Shown: positions 18,332-28,234 of the stretch, piece by piece | How the letters are laid out: each line of letters begins with the position of its first letter | Position numbering within the stretch: the first letter of the stretch is position 1 | Source: an uncultured Candidatus Rokubacteria bacterium | GTDB taxonomy: Bacteria > Methylomirabilota > Methylomirabilia > Rokubacteriales > CSP1-6 | Reading direction: 5' to 3' | Length of the DNA stretch: 64,000 bases | Assembly (NCBI GenBank): GCA_963789955.1 | Contig: CAWBMV010000006.1 | Location: 128,001-192,000 of the forward strand | Notes under the pieces: generated by a model | Told to the model about the DNA's origin: nothing | Database searches by the model: none | Seen by the model: the letters and a program-made list of their open reading frames with translations, nothing else | Made by a program: the position numbers and the translations under genes

Positions 18332-19366
18332 ATGGCAGCTGCGCTCACGTCCAAGCGGCATCGCGTCGACGATGTCGACGCCGGCGAGTTCTGTTTCCAG
18401 CAAGGGTGGACCGACGGCCTGCCGGTGGTCCCGCCGACCGAAGACCGCGTGCGCATGATGCTCGCCGCGGCGCGGCTCGATCCCAAGCAGGAGATCGCCT
18501 ACATCACGAACCGGTCGGTGTCGGTCACCGCGGAGAAGGTCGCGATCAACGCGGTCATGGCCGGCTGCCGGCCCGAATACATGTCGGTGGTCGTCGCCGC
18601 GGTGGAGGGCATCGGCGATCCGGCGTGGAGCTATCACGGGCCGGGCACGTCGACCGGCGGCGCCGGCGTGCTCATGATCATCAACGGACCGATCACGCGC
18701 GAGCTCGACATCAACGCCGGCGACAATCTCTTCGGGCCGGGCTGGCGGTCGAATCTCACGATCGGGCGCGCGCTGCGCCTGGTGATGCGCAACGTCTGCG
18801 GCTCGTTGCCCGGGCTCCTCGACCGTGGCACGCTCGGCCATCCGGGCAAGCTCTCGTTCGTGATCGCCGAGAACGAAGCGGAGAGCCCGTGGACTCCGCT
18901 CCACGTCGAGCGCGGCTTCCGGCCCGATCAGAGCACGGTCACGGTCATGGCCGCCGAGGCGCCGCATCAGTTCTACAACCAGCTCTCGCCCGACGCCGAA
19001 GGCGTGCTGACCACGCTCGCCGATTCGATGAAGCATTCGGGCGGCGCCGGCCGGCAGCCGCAGTACGTCGTCACCCTGGCCGGCGAGCACATGCGCACCA
19101 TCGCCGGCAGCGGCTGGGGCAAGAAGGAGATCCGCCAGTTCCTGTTCGACAACACGAAGAACACGATCGCGCATCTCAAGCGCACCCACCGCATCCCGGG
19201 CGCGATTCAGCCCGGCGACGACACGAAGCTCCGGCCCATCGTCGCGGAGCCCGACGACCTCCTGATCGTCGCGGCCGGCGGGCGCGCCGGCTCGTTCTCG
19301 TCGTTCATCCCGGGATGGGGCGGTGCCCGTTCGTCCCTCGCCACCACCAAGGAGGTCAAGCGATGA
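18332..19366 (+). CDS. Uncharacterised protein of the family that accompanies UGSC selenoproteins
   Basis: GWTDGLPVVPPTE, TAEKVAINAVMAGCRPEY, NLTIGRALRL, TLGHPGK; ATGA overlap with the UGSC gene. Confidence 0.8.
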   Translation: MAAALTSKRHRVDDVDAGEFCFQQGWTDGLPVVPPTEDRVRMMLAAARLDPKQEIAYITNRSVSVTAEKVAINAVMAGCRPEYMSVVVAAVEGIGDPAWSYHGPGTSTGGAGVLMIINGPITRELDINAGDNLFGPGWRSNLTIGRALRLVMRNVCGSLPGLLDRGTLGHPGKLSFVIAENEAESPWTPLHVERGFRPDQSTVTVMAAEAPHQFYNQLSPDAEGVLTTLADSMKHSGGAGRQPQYVVTLAGEHMRTIAGSGWGKKEIRQFLFDNTKNTIAHLKRTHRIPGAIQPGDDTKLRPIVAEPDDLLIVAAGGRAGSFSSFIPGWGGARSSLATTKEVKR

Positions 19367-19893
19367 TCGAGCTTCTGGATCCCACGGTCGAGGCGGCCAA
19401 GCAGCCGATCGCGTACGTGGATCGGCCCGGGTCCCTGAAAGGCAAGCGGATCGGCCTGATCGAGAACACGAAATACAACTCCGACAAGCTGCTGGTGCGG
19501 ATCGGCGAGATCTTGAAGGCCGAATACGGGGCCAGCGAGACGCGCCTGTTCCGCAAGCACAACGCGTCGGTCCCGGCGCACGAGGAGATCATCCAGGAGG
19601 TGCGGAAGACCTGCGACGTCATCGTCGCCGGTGTCGGAGACTGAGGGTCCTGCTCGTCGGGCAGTGTGCTCGACGGAATCGTGCTGGAAAAGAACGCGGT
19701 GCCGGCGGCGTCGATCATCACGGATGTCTTCGAGAAAACGGCGCGCGCGATGGCTGAGCAATGGGGCGTACCGACCTACAAGTTCCTGATGATGCCGCAC
19801 CCGATCGCGAATCTCAGCGAGGCGGAGCTCGACAGCCGCGCGCGGGAGATCGCACCCGAGGTCGCGAAGCTTCTGCTGAAGGGCCAGGAATAG
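19363..19893 (+). CDS. UGSC-motif selenoprotein (176 aa with UGA at 19642-19644)
   Basis: ...DVIVAGVGD-U-GSCSSGSVLDGIVLEKNAVP... is continuous in frame across the TGA; GGAGG SD. Confidence 0.9.
19655..19675 (+). promoter_or_regulatory. Candidate SECIS of the UGSC gene
   Basis: CGUCGGGCA-GUG loop-UGCUCGACG stem; G-first apical loop 19 nt after the UGA. Confidence 0.7.
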
Positions 19894-20901
19894 CGACCGC
19901 GTTCCGGCCGCCCTGGTGGTGCCGGAACGCGCACGTCCAGACTGATCTGGGGCCCGCTCTTCCGCCGTCACCGGATCCGGTGGCGGCGGGAGCGGGTCGC
20001 CACCGCCGACGGTGACTTCGTCGATCTCGACTGGGCTGACTCGGCCCGCCCCGACGCGCCGCTCGTGCTGGTGCTCCACGGCCTCGAAGGCTCGTCGAGC
20101 TCCCACTACGTCGTCGGCCTCACGCGCCAGGCGCTCACGAGAGGCTGGCGCGCCGTCACCCTGAACTTCAGATCGTGCAGCGGCGAGCTGAATCGCCTCC
20201 GCTCGTTCTACCACTCCGGGCACACTGCCGATCTGGACGAAGTCGTCCGGCTGATCGTCGGGCGAGAGCCAACCGTCCGTATCGGCGCGGTCGGCGTGTC
20301 GCTGGGCGGCAACGTCCTGCTCAAGTGGCTCGGCGAGCGGGAAGCCGCCGTGCCCGACGCGGTCGTGGGCGCGGTCGCGATCTCGGTGCCGTTCGATCTC
20401 GCGCACTGCGCCGAAGCTCTCGACCGCGGCTTCTGCCGCCTGGTCTATGGCGCGAACTTCCTCGGGACCATGCGGGACAAGATCCGCCTCAAGGCGGCGC
20501 GCGATCCGGGACTGGGCGAGATCGTCGACGTCCCGCTCGCGCTTCGCGCGCGAACCTTCGCCGAGTACGACCGCGCGGTGACGGCGCCGCTCAACGGCTT
20601 CGCGAACGAGCGCGACTACTGGACGCGCGCGTCGAGCGCGCCGTACCTCTCCCGCATCCGGCGGCCGACCTTGCTCGTCAACGCGCTCGACGATCCGATC
20701 GTCCCGCCCAGTGCGCTCCCCGATCCGGCCGAGCTGCCGCCCTGGGTCCGCGCGGAGTTCGTCCGGCGCGGCGGGCATGCGGCGTTCCTCGAAGGCCGCT
20801 GGCCCTGGCGGGTCGAGTCGTGGGCCGAGCGCCGGGCCGTCGAGTTCCTGGACGGGCTCGTCGCCGGTGAACGCGCCGTCCCCGCCGGCCCGGTCTGCTA
20901 G
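19890..20901 (+). CDS. YheT-like alpha/beta hydrolase (N-terminal frameshift, start uncertain)
   Basis: FRPPWWCRNAHVQT / DGDFVDLDW...LHGLEGSS, GVSLGGN, NALDDP, GGHAAF. Confidence 0.85.
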
Positions 20902-20939
20902 CATGCGGACCATGCGTCAGGACGCCTACGGGTCTGCCG

Positions 20940-22207
20940 GTGAGCACCGACGCGGCCGCCACGGTCGAGGCGTACGATCACGCGGTCGATGCGCTTCTCT
21001 CCTGGGACGCGCGGGCTCTCGAGCGCTTCCGCGACGTGATCGCGCTCGACCCGGGGCTGGCCCTCGCTCACGCCGGCGCCGCGGTCTGTCTCTTCCTGGA
21101 GGAGCGCTTCGCGGAGGCGCAGGAGGCCGGGAAGACCGCGCGCGCGGCCGCGGCGTCCCAGACCGACCGCGAGCGGCGCCACGTCGAAGGCCTGGCGCTC
21201 CTGGTCGAGGGCAAGGGCAACGACGCGGCGAGCGCGATGCGCGCGCATCTCGCCGACTATCCGCGCGATCTGCTGGTGTTCCAGCGTCTCTATTTCGTCT
21301 GGTTCTGGCAAGGAAAGTTCCCGGAGATGCTGGCGCTCGCCGACACCCTGGCCCGGTACCATCCCGGCAGCTCGTTCATGCTCGGCCTGCACGCGTTCGT
21401 GCTCGAGCAGGCCGGCCGCTGCGACGAGGCCGTCCGCATGGCGCTCGTGGCGAACCAGAAGAACCCGCGCGACGCCTGGGCGATCCACGCGCTCGCGCAC
21501 GGGCTGTACGAGATGGCGGCGTTCGACACGGGCATCACGCGGCTGCCGCCGGCCATCGAGCCGTGCACGCATCTCGGCTGGTTCAAGAACCATCTTCTGT
21601 GGCACCTGGCCTTGATGCACATGGGCCGAGGCGAATACGACGTCGCGTCCGATTTCGGGCGCCGGGTGTTCGAGGGCGCGCCATCGTCGATCCCCGGCGA
21701 CCTTCACGACTCGATCTCGCTCCTGTGGCGCCTCGAGCTCCTCGGCCGCGACGTCGGCGAACGCTGGAAGCCCTTCGCGCGGATCGCGGGCGAGCGGCTC
21801 GATCGTCAGGCCCTGCTCTTCCATGCCGCGCACCTGGCGATGGCGCTCGCCGCGAGCGGCGACTGGACGACCGCCGAGCGCCAGCTCGGCATGCTGCGTG
21901 AGCGCGGCGGGCGGGATCGGACGGGGCTGGTCCGCGACGTGCTGGTGCCGCTGGTCGAGGGGATCCAGGGATTCGCCGCCCGCGACTATCGCCGCGCGAT
22001 CGAGCGGATCGAGCCGCTGACGCTCGCGGATCGTCGAGCTCGGGGGAAGCCGTGCCCAGCGCGACGTCTTCCACGACACGCTCCTCGAGGCGTGTTTCCG
22101 AGCGGGGGATATGGACCGCGCCGAGCGGCTCTTGACCGATCGCGTCGCGCGCCGGCCCGACCGCTTCTGGAAGACGAGAGCCACGACCGGCCGCCGCGGC
22201 GTCATGA
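20940..22207 (+). CDS. TTC38-like tetratricopeptide repeat protein (frameshifted near the 3' end)
   Basis: DAWAIHALAH, NHLLWHLAL, DSISLLWRLEL, then GGSRAQRDVF in the shifted frame. Confidence 0.8.
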
Positions 22208-23728
22208 GGCCGCGCGCGGCATTCGCCGCGCTCCTGGTCGTTCTCACGATCGTCCAGGTCGGTTGCGTCTCGCGAGGCGCGCCCGCCGCCGACGGTGATC
22301 TCGTTCGGCTCACCTTTCTTCAGATCAACGACGCCTACTCCCTCGGGCCGGTCGACGGCGGCCGGCGTGGCGGGATGGCGCGGCTGGCCACCCTGGTACG
22401 CGGAGGTGAAGCACGAGAACCCCAACACGATCTTCGCGATCGGGGGCGACTTCCTGTCTCCGTCGGTCGAGTCGACGTTCCTCCAGGGCGCCCAGATGGT
22501 CGCCGCGCTCGACGCGGTCGGCCTGGACTTCGCGACCTTCGGCAACCACGAGTTCGACTTCGGGCCGGCCGTTCTCGCCGAGCGCATGAAGGAGTCGAAG
22601 TTTCGATGGATGTCCGCGAACGTCGTCGACCGGAGCTCGGGCCGCCCGTTCGGCGGCGCCTCGCCCGACACCGTGCTGACCCTCGGCGGTGTGCGCGTAG
22701 GCCTGTTCGGGCTCACGATGGCCGACGCGGCGCGCACCTCTCGTCCCGGACCCGACGTCGGCTTCAACCGTCCGCTCGTCGCGGGCAAGGACGCCGCCGC
22801 GCGTCTCAGGGCGCAGGGCGCACAGGTCGTCGTCGCGGTCACGCATCAGGAAATCGCCGAGGACAAGGCGCTCGCCGGCGCCGCCGACGTCGATGTGATC
22901 CTGGGCGGCCACGAGCACGATCCGATGGTGGCCGAGGAAGGCAAGACCCTCATCACCAAGGGCGGCTCCGACGCGCGCTACCTCGTCCAGGTGGATCTCT
23001 GGCTCACGCGCGAGGGAAAGCTGGTCGAGCGGTCCTGGCGCTTCCGCGAGGTGAGCCGGCGGGTCACGCCGGACCCGGCGGTCGAGGAGCTCGTTCGTTC
23101 GTACGGCGCCCGGCTCGACCGCGAGCTGGACGTGGTGATCGGGCGAACCGACGTTCCGCTCGACGCGCGAACCAGCCGGCTCCGGACGCAGGAGACGAAC
23201 GTCGGCGATTTCGTCGCCGATCGTCTGCGAGAGCGGCTCGGCACCGATGCGGCGTTCGTCAACGGGGGCGCGATCCGCACGAACCGCATCGTGCCGGCGG
23301 GGCCGCTGACCAAGCGCGACGTCCACAGTCTGTTGCCGTTCACCGACGTGGTCCTCAAGCTCGAGCTTCGCGGACGAGATCTTCGAGCGGCGCTCGAGCA
23401 TGGCCTGTCGCAGACGGACCGCGAGGGCGGAGGGTTCCTGCAGGTCTCCGGGGTTCGCTTCGTGTGGGATCCCCGGCGAGCGCCGGGTCAGCGAGTGGTG
23501 AGCCTCTCCGTGGGCGGCCGACCGCTGGACAACGAGACCCCGTACGGTGTCGCGGTACCCAGCTATCTCGTTCGCGGCGGCGACGGCTACACCGCTTTCG
23601 CGCGCGGCAAAGTGCTCATCGACGAGTCGAGCGGCCCGCAAGTCGCCCAGATCGTCATGGACGCGATCGTGGCGCGGGGCACGATCACGCCGGTGACCGA
23701 CGGGCGCATCACCACGGACGCGCGCTAG
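22204..23728 (+). CDS. 5'-nucleotidase / metallophosphoesterase (UshA-like), probable lipoprotein (frameshift near 22400)
   Basis: LQINDAY, GGDFLSPS, GNHEFDFG, VTHQ, GGHEH, NGGAIR, FLQVSG; VQVGC lipobox-like sequence. Confidence 0.88.
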
Positions 23729-24026
23729 CCTCGCGACCGTCGGGCCTCGACCAAGGGCGCGGTCGTCTACGACTTCTGCCGCTGATCGTCGCTGTTCTTA
23801 TCCACTTATCCCCAGAAATTCACAAAACGAAAATCGCACGGTGTGACGCGACACGAGCGCCAGCACGCCTTGTGAACACAGAAAAGCCGCGCGTCACGGC
23901 GTGCACGCGACGCAGAGCCCTGTGCTCACGCGGTCCTCGCGCACTGAAGCCGACGAATCCCGCATTTCTCGCGGCGATGTTCGCCGTTGATCTCCTCGCG
24001 CTCGGCACTCTACGGTACTTGCTACC

Positions 24027-24404
24027 GTGCTGACCCCGCCGCGCGTCCTGGTCGTGGATGACGAGCGCTACATTCGCGGACTCCTCTCCGAGCTCCTCGC
24101 CGTCTGGGGCTGCGAGACCGATCTGGCGGCGAGCGGAACGGAAGGCCTGCGACTCTTCAAGCAGAAGAGCTACGACCTCGTCCTGACCGACTACGTCATG
24201 CCCGGCGGCTCGGGCCTCGAGCTGGTCGAGAACGTCCGGAACAGCGACGCGGCGGTCGGCGTGATCATGCTGACCGCGTCGGGGGCCGACCTGGATGTGC
24301 ATGGCCGACGGCTCGGGTTCCAGCTGCTCCGCAAGCCTCTCCAGATCGATCATCTCGAAGCGGCCGTGAAGCAGGCCCTGGGCGACCGGAAGACCGAGGC
24401 CTAG
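24027..24404 (+). CDS. Single-domain response regulator receiver
   Basis: VLVVDDE, DLVLTDYVMPGGSG, MLTA, KP. Confidence 0.9.
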   Translation: MLTPPRVLVVDDERYIRGLLSELLAVWGCETDLAASGTEGLRLFKQKSYDLVLTDYVMPGGSGLELVENVRNSDAAVGVIMLTASGADLDVHGRRLGFQLLRKPLQIDHLEAAVKQALGDRKTEA

Positions 24405-25349
24405 CTACTTCCCGAGGACCTTGCGCGGGTCGAACGCGTCGCGCAGACCGTCGCCGATGTAGTTGATCGAGAGGACGGTCAGGAAGATCGCGGTTCCCGG
24501 GAAGATCGCCCAGTGCGGCGCGAAGTCCAGGTTGTCCTTGGCGTCGAACAGGATTCGACCCCACGTCGGAATGTCCGGCGGAAATCCGAGCCCGAGGAAC
24601 GACAGGGTGGACTCGGCGATGATCGCCGCGGCGACGTCGATGGTGGCCGCGACGATGACCGGGCCCATCGAGTTCGGCAGGATGTGACGGATCACCTGCC
24701 GGATCGGCCGCGCGCCCAGGCTGCGCGCCGACTCGACGAATTCCTTCTCGCGCAGCGACAGGAACTGCGCCCGCACCAGCCGGGCGACCTGCATCCAGCG
24801 CAGCCCGCCGATGACCGCGACGATCAGGATGAAGACGCCGGCCTCCGGGCCGAACATCTTCCGCAGCGAATCGCGAAACAGATAGACGATCAGCAGCAGG
24901 AGGGGCAGGCCCGGCAGCGCCAGGAACATGTCGGTGATCCGCATCAAGGTGTGATCGACCGCGCCGCCCATGAATCCGGAGATCGCGCCGACCGCGGTGC
25001 CGATCGAGATCGCGATCAGCATGGCGGCGATGCCGACCGCCAGCGAGATGCGCCCGCCGTAGAGCATGCGCGCCAGCAGATCCTGGCCCAGATCGTCGGT
25101 GCCGAGCGGATGGCTCCACGACGGGCCCTTGAGCTTGGCCTTGAAGTCGATGTCGTTGATCGGCAGTCGCCACACGAGCGGGCCAACCAGCACCGCGAGC
25201 ACGAGCGCCACGAGGATCACGCTCCCGACCATGGCGAGCCGATGGCGGCGGAAGCGGCGGCCGGTCTCTTGCCACAGCGACGTGCGCGGCGCCGATGCAG
25301 CGACCGCGAGCGGCCGGGCGACGGGCTCGGAGGCGACGCGGGCAGCCAT
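24405..25349 (-). CDS. Peptide/nickel ABC transporter permease (DppC/OppC-like)
   Basis: HPLGTDDLGQD, EFVESARSLGA, ESTLSFLGLG, GDGLRDAFDP. Confidence 0.92.
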   Translation of the reverse strand: MAARVASEPVARPLAVAASAPRTSLWQETGRRFRRHRLAMVGSVILVALVLAVLVGPLVWRLPINDIDFKAKLKGPSWSHPLGTDDLGQDLLARMLYGGRISLAVGIAAMLIAISIGTAVGAISGFMGGAVDHTLMRITDMFLALPGLPLLLLIVYLFRDSLRKMFGPEAGVFILIVAVIGGLRWMQVARLVRAQFLSLREKEFVESARSLGARPIRQVIRHILPNSMGPVIVAATIDVAAAIIAESTLSFLGLGFPPDIPTWGRILFDAKDNLDFAPHWAIFPGTAIFLTVLSINYIGDGLRDAFDPRKVLGK

Positions 25350-26308
25350 CAGCGGTACGAGATCCGCGGGTCGAGCCAGGCGTAGAGCAGGTCCGCGACC
25401 AGGCTCGAGAGCAGGACCAGGATCGAGAAGATGAACGTCACGGCCATGACCACCGGCGTGTCGTTGGCGAGGATCGACGTGATCAGCAAGGAGCCGATCC
25501 CGGGCACCCGGAAGATCTGCTCGGTCACGATCGCGCCGCCGAAGATCGTCGGGATCTGGATCGCGACGAGCGTGACGACGGGGATCAGCGCGTTCCTGAC
25601 GACGTGCTTGACGAGTGTCACGCCCTCGGAGAGGCCCTTCGCCCGCGCGGTGTTCACGTAGTCCAGCCGGATGACGTCGAGCACGGAGGCGCGCATGAAG
25701 CGCGTCATCGACGCGGCCTGGGCCAGGCCCAGCACCGCCACCGGCATGATCGCCTGCCGGATGTGCTCCCAGTACCATCGCCAGCCGGTCGCGCTGATGT
25801 CGGAACGATAGATGAACGGAAGCCAGTCCAGGTGGATGCTCAGCAGCAAGATGAACAGCAGGCCGGTGAAGAACGTCGGGAGCGAGAAGCCGATGAACGC
25901 CAGGGTGGTCGCGATCTGATCGAAGATCGAATAGGGGCGTAAGGCCGAGTAGGTCCCGATCGGCACCGCGACGAGGATCGCGAGAAGCTGGGCGGCGCCC
26001 AGCACCAGGAGCGTCGCCGGCAGCCGCTGCAGGATCAGGGTGTCGACGTCGACGCGGCTCACGAAGGAGAAGCCCCAGTCGCCGCGCAGCATCGACACCA
26101 TCCATCGGACGTAGCGGATCGGCAGCGGGTCGTCCAGACCGAACTTCGCGCGCAGGTTCATGCGCACTTCGGGCGGCACGTTGGGGTTGGTGGCGAGCTC
26201 CTCGAACGGATCGCCGGGCGCCAGGGCGAGGATCGTGAACAGGACGATGCTGATGCCGGCGAGAACCGGGAGGAGGATCAGGATCCGTCGCAGCAGGTAC
26301 CTGGACAT
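25349..26308 (-). CDS. Peptide/nickel ABC transporter permease (DppB/OppB-like)
   Basis: DYVNTARAKGL, HVVRNALIP, ADLLYAWLDPRI. Confidence 0.92.
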   Translation of the reverse strand: MSRYLLRRILILLPVLAGISIVLFTILALAPGDPFEELATNPNVPPEVRMNLRAKFGLDDPLPIRYVRWMVSMLRGDWGFSFVSRVDVDTLILQRLPATLLVLGAAQLLAILVAVPIGTYSALRPYSIFDQIATTLAFIGFSLPTFFTGLLFILLLSIHLDWLPFIYRSDISATGWRWYWEHIRQAIMPVAVLGLAQAASMTRFMRASVLDVIRLDYVNTARAKGLSEGVTLVKHVVRNALIPVVTLVAIQIPTIFGGAIVTEQIFRVPGIGSLLITSILANDTPVVMAVTFIFSILVLLSSLVADLLYAWLDPRISYR

Positions 26309-26317
26309 TCGGATACC

Positions 26318-26367
26318 GGCGTCAGGCGGGGCCGCGGCGGATCGCGCCGCGCGGCCCCGCCGACACC
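26318..26367 (-). other. Intercistronic GC-rich stem-loop after the substrate-binding protein gene
   Basis: GGCGGGGCCGCG...CGCGGCCCCGCC inverted repeat; no U-tract. Confidence 0.6.
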
Positions 26368-26368
26368 G

Positions 26369-28166
26369 TTAGGCCTTCGACCAGTACGCGAGCGCCCAGA
26401 AGTCGCTGTCCCAGCCGCTCTGGACCGCGTCACGCAGGCGGTTGGAGATCGCCGCGACGCGCGGGCGGAACACCACGGGAATGACGACGACGTTCTGGAT
26501 CACCAGGTCGTTCATCTTGACGAACAGGGCCGCGCGCTTGACCGGGTCCATCTCGTGCTCCGCGGCCTTCCACAGCTTGTCGTACTCCTCGTTCCGCCAG
26601 CGGGTCTTGTTCGTCAGCGCGAACTTGTTGTCCTTGGCGGAGACCTCCCAGGACGTGAACTGATCCATGAAGCGCTGGGGATCGGGCTGGGTCATGGTCG
26701 TCGTGTACATCTGCAGATCGGTGTAGAAGTGCGAGTACGTGTCCGGGTTGGCCGGATCCGACGAGAAGAACACGTTCGCGGTGATCGCCTTCAGCTCGAG
26801 CTCGATACCGGCCTTGGCGCAGGCCTGCTTGACGATCTGCTGGTTCTTCTGACGCGGGTTGTTGATCGACGTCTGATAGACGAACTTCAGCTTCTTGCCG
26901 TCCTTGGCGCGAACGCCGTCGCCGCCGCGCTTCCAGCCCGCGGACTCCAGGATCTGGTTCGCCTTGTCGACGTTGAACTCGAACTTCGTGTTCTTCGAGA
27001 CGAACCGCGACGGGCGCGTTGACGAAGTTGGCGGTGGCGATGCCGGTGCGCCCGTAGATCTCTTCCTGAACGGAGCCGCGGTCGACCAGCAGATTGAGGG
27101 CCTGACGGACCGCCGGGTCGCTCAGGGTCGGGTGCTTGGTCTTGGCCGACGACCGCTCGCCGTCGACCTCGGTCCACGGATCGGTCGTGTTGACCTGGAT
27201 GTGCTCGATGTTGCCGCCGGAGACGATATCGGCGCGGCCCTTGCCGCCCTGCTCGAAGCGTTTGAGGATCTCGTCCTCGACCTGCATGTTCCAGGCGTAG
27301 TCGTACTCGCCGGTCTGGATGACCGCGCGCGCCGCGCCCACCGCGTCGCCGCCGCCCTTCATCTCGACCTGGTCGAAGAAGGGCCGATTGGGGACGTGAT
27401 AGTTCGGGTTGATCTCGCCCCGAACGATGTCGCCGGGCTTGAAGTCGACGAACTTGTAGGGGCCGGTGCCGACGGGCTTCAGGTTCGTGGGAGCCTCGCG
27501 CGACTTGTCACCCTTGAAGGCCTGGAAGAGATGCTTGGGAATGATCGGTCCGGTCGCGGCGCCGCAGAACGCCGCGGCCCAGAACGGCGTCGGCGACTTG
27601 TAGCCGATCTTCACGGTGTGACTGTCGACCTTGTCGATCCGCACGATGTCCCGGTACGGGCCGATGGTGACCGCGGCGGTCCCCGGGTCCATCACGTACT
27701 CCCACGTGAACACCACGTCGTCGGCGGTGAAGGGCTTGCCGTCGTGCCACACGACGTCTTTCTTCAGCTTCCAGGTCACCGACATGCCGTCCTTCGCGAC
27801 CTGACCGTTCTGGAGACTCGGCGCCTCGGCCGCCAGGACCGGCACGATGTTTCCGTCGGGATCGTACGAGGCGAGGGGCTCATAGAAGATGCGGCAGGCG
27901 TCCTGGTCCTTGGTGCCGTTGGCGAAGTGCGGGTTCAACAAGGTGGGCGCCTGCCACCAGAGCGTCTTGACGAGCCCGCCGCCGCCACGCTTGGTGGGAT
28001 TGAACGTCCACTTGGTCTGGGCCTGCGCGACGCCGGCCGACGTCAGCATCTGGGCGGCCATCGGAGCCGTCAGGCCGAGTCCGACCATCATCCCTACGAA
28101 GCGACGGCGGCTCAAAGTTCCCGCCTTCACCTGATTGACCAGCGCCCTCAACTCACGCTCTTCCAT
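26369..28166 (-). CDS. Peptide ABC transporter substrate-binding protein (family 5), frameshift near 27010
   Basis: LSRRRF Tat-like leader, WHDGKPFTADDVVFT, PVGTGPY; C-terminus continues in another frame to 26369. Confidence 0.9.
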
Positions 28167-28234
28167 TGAATCTCCTCTCTCGCCCGGCCCGGCGGCCGGG
28201 TGGTTGGCTTCTTAGCGTTTCGTGCGACGGAGTG

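Noticed and set aside
22111..22400. Apparent fusion of the TTC38-like protein to the 5'-nucleotidase
   Set aside because: An ATGA overlap at 22204-22207 followed by a signal peptide indicates two genes joined by an indel.
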